Below, piece by piece: positions 63,042 through 64,000 of a stretch of DNA of 64,000 nucleotides; the first letter of the stretch is position 1; each line of letters begins with the position of its first letter. Position numbers and translations under genes: made by a program. The DNA is from Centroscyllium fabricii (Eukaryota), in NCBI GenBank assembly GCA_051313645.2, contig JBNRSN020000011.1, positions 126,480,001-126,544,000 on the forward strand, given 5' to 3'. The notes below the pieces were generated by a model. The model was not told where the DNA came from. It did no database searches and saw nothing but the letters and a program-made list of their open reading frames with translations.

Positions 63042-63455
63042 AGAACATAAGAAATAGAAGCAGGAGTTGTCCATACGGCCCCTCGAGCCTGCTCCGCCAT
63101 TCATTGAGATCATGGCTGATCATTGACCTCAACTGCACTTTCCCACCCGATCTACATATCCCTTGATACCCCTAGAGTCCAAAAATCTATCTATTTCAGC
63201 CTTGAATATACTCAACGACTCAGCATTTACAGCCCTCTGGGGCAGAGAATTCCAAAGATTCACAACCCTCTGAGTGAAGAAATTCCTCCTCATCTCAGTC
63301 TTAAAGGGCTGACCCATTATCCTGAGGCTATGCCCCCTAGTTCTAGACTCTCCAGCTAGGGGATCAACCTCTCAGCATCTACCCTGTCAATCCCCTTCAG
63401 AATCTTTTATGTTTCAATGAGATCACCTCTCATTCTTCTAAACTCCAGAGAGTAT
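63042..63455 (-). mobile_element. CR1 3' fragment
   Basis: ORF 63129-63317 FKTEMRRNFFTQRVVNLWNSLP. Confidence 0.9.
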
Positions 63456-63456
63456 A

Positions 63457-63847
63457 GAAACATAGAAGATAGGAGCAGGAGTAGGCCATTCGGCCCTTCG
63501 AGCCTGCTCCGTCATTCAATGAGATCATGGCTGATCATCCAAACCCAGTACCCTGTCCCTGCCTTGTCCCCATATCCCTCTCGAGCCTGCACTGACACAT
63601 ATCCCACCCTATCCCCGTAACCCCACATATTCAATCCTCCTAACACTAAGGGTCAATTTATCATGGCCAATCAACCTAACCCGCACATCTTTGGACTGTG
63701 GGAGGAAACCGGAGCACCCGGAGGAAACCCACGCAGACACGGGGAGAATGTGCAAACTCCACACAGACATTACCCGAGGCTGGATTTGAACCCGGGTCTC
63801 TAGTGCTGTAAGGCAACAGTGCTAACCACTATGCCACCGTGCTGCCC
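63457..63847 (-). mobile_element. HE1-type V-SINE with extended CR1 tail
   Basis: Reverse complement closely matches 48620-49030. Confidence 0.9.
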
Positions 63848-63859
63848 ATTATACACAAT

Positions 63860-64000
63860 GGCCCAGAAATTGCAGTGGAGCCTTTGTGCGGGTGCAGTAC
63901 CTGCTTAACGCACTTTAATTGCCCATATTCAGTTTTGCTTTTTTGCACTCAGAAATTCCCGTTAGCCCAGCCTGTCAGAGCTCCATGCGAGTTTCATGGG
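63860..64000 (+). mobile_element. Left end of a MITE near-identical to 42116-42874 (runs off window)
   Basis: GGCCCAGAAATTGCAGTGGAGCCTT...GAGTTTCATGGG matches 42116-42256. Confidence 0.9.

Noticed and set aside
37000-64000. TMEM53 or another neighbouring gene downstream of RNF220
   Set aside because: No ORF or spliceable exon with recognisable similarity was seen

Overview
Vertebrate genomic DNA, almost certainly from a cartilaginous fish (shark or ray), judged from HE1-type V-SINEs, a SacSINE1-like DeuSINE, abundant CR1/L2 LINE debris and Penelope pseudo-LTR palindromes. The only host gene I can support is the 3' end of RNF220 on the + strand: a 75-bp penultimate coding exon (13984-14058), a last coding exon (30741-30812) and a long repeat-poor putative 3' UTR. 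The rest is intron or intergenic DNA packed with nested transposons. The most unusual signal is five short TA-flanked, Tigger/pogo-like TIR elements that share termini but carry different GC-rich interiors. One carries recognisable MSL3 exon 1 plus its splice donor and intron sequence, and an empty relative lies in the same window. Three others carry NRF1/YY1 motif arrays next to donor-like junctions, so the family resembles Pack-type elements capturing CpG-island 5' gene ends. Also present: a candidate 1.8-kb non-autonomous Helitron with apparent cargo, a 5S rRNA-derived SINE, back-to-back minimal hammerhead ribozymes, and a LINE>LTR>SINE-like nest. Family assignments come from visual motif recognition and recalled consensus sequences, not database searches, and boundaries of old repeats are approximate.
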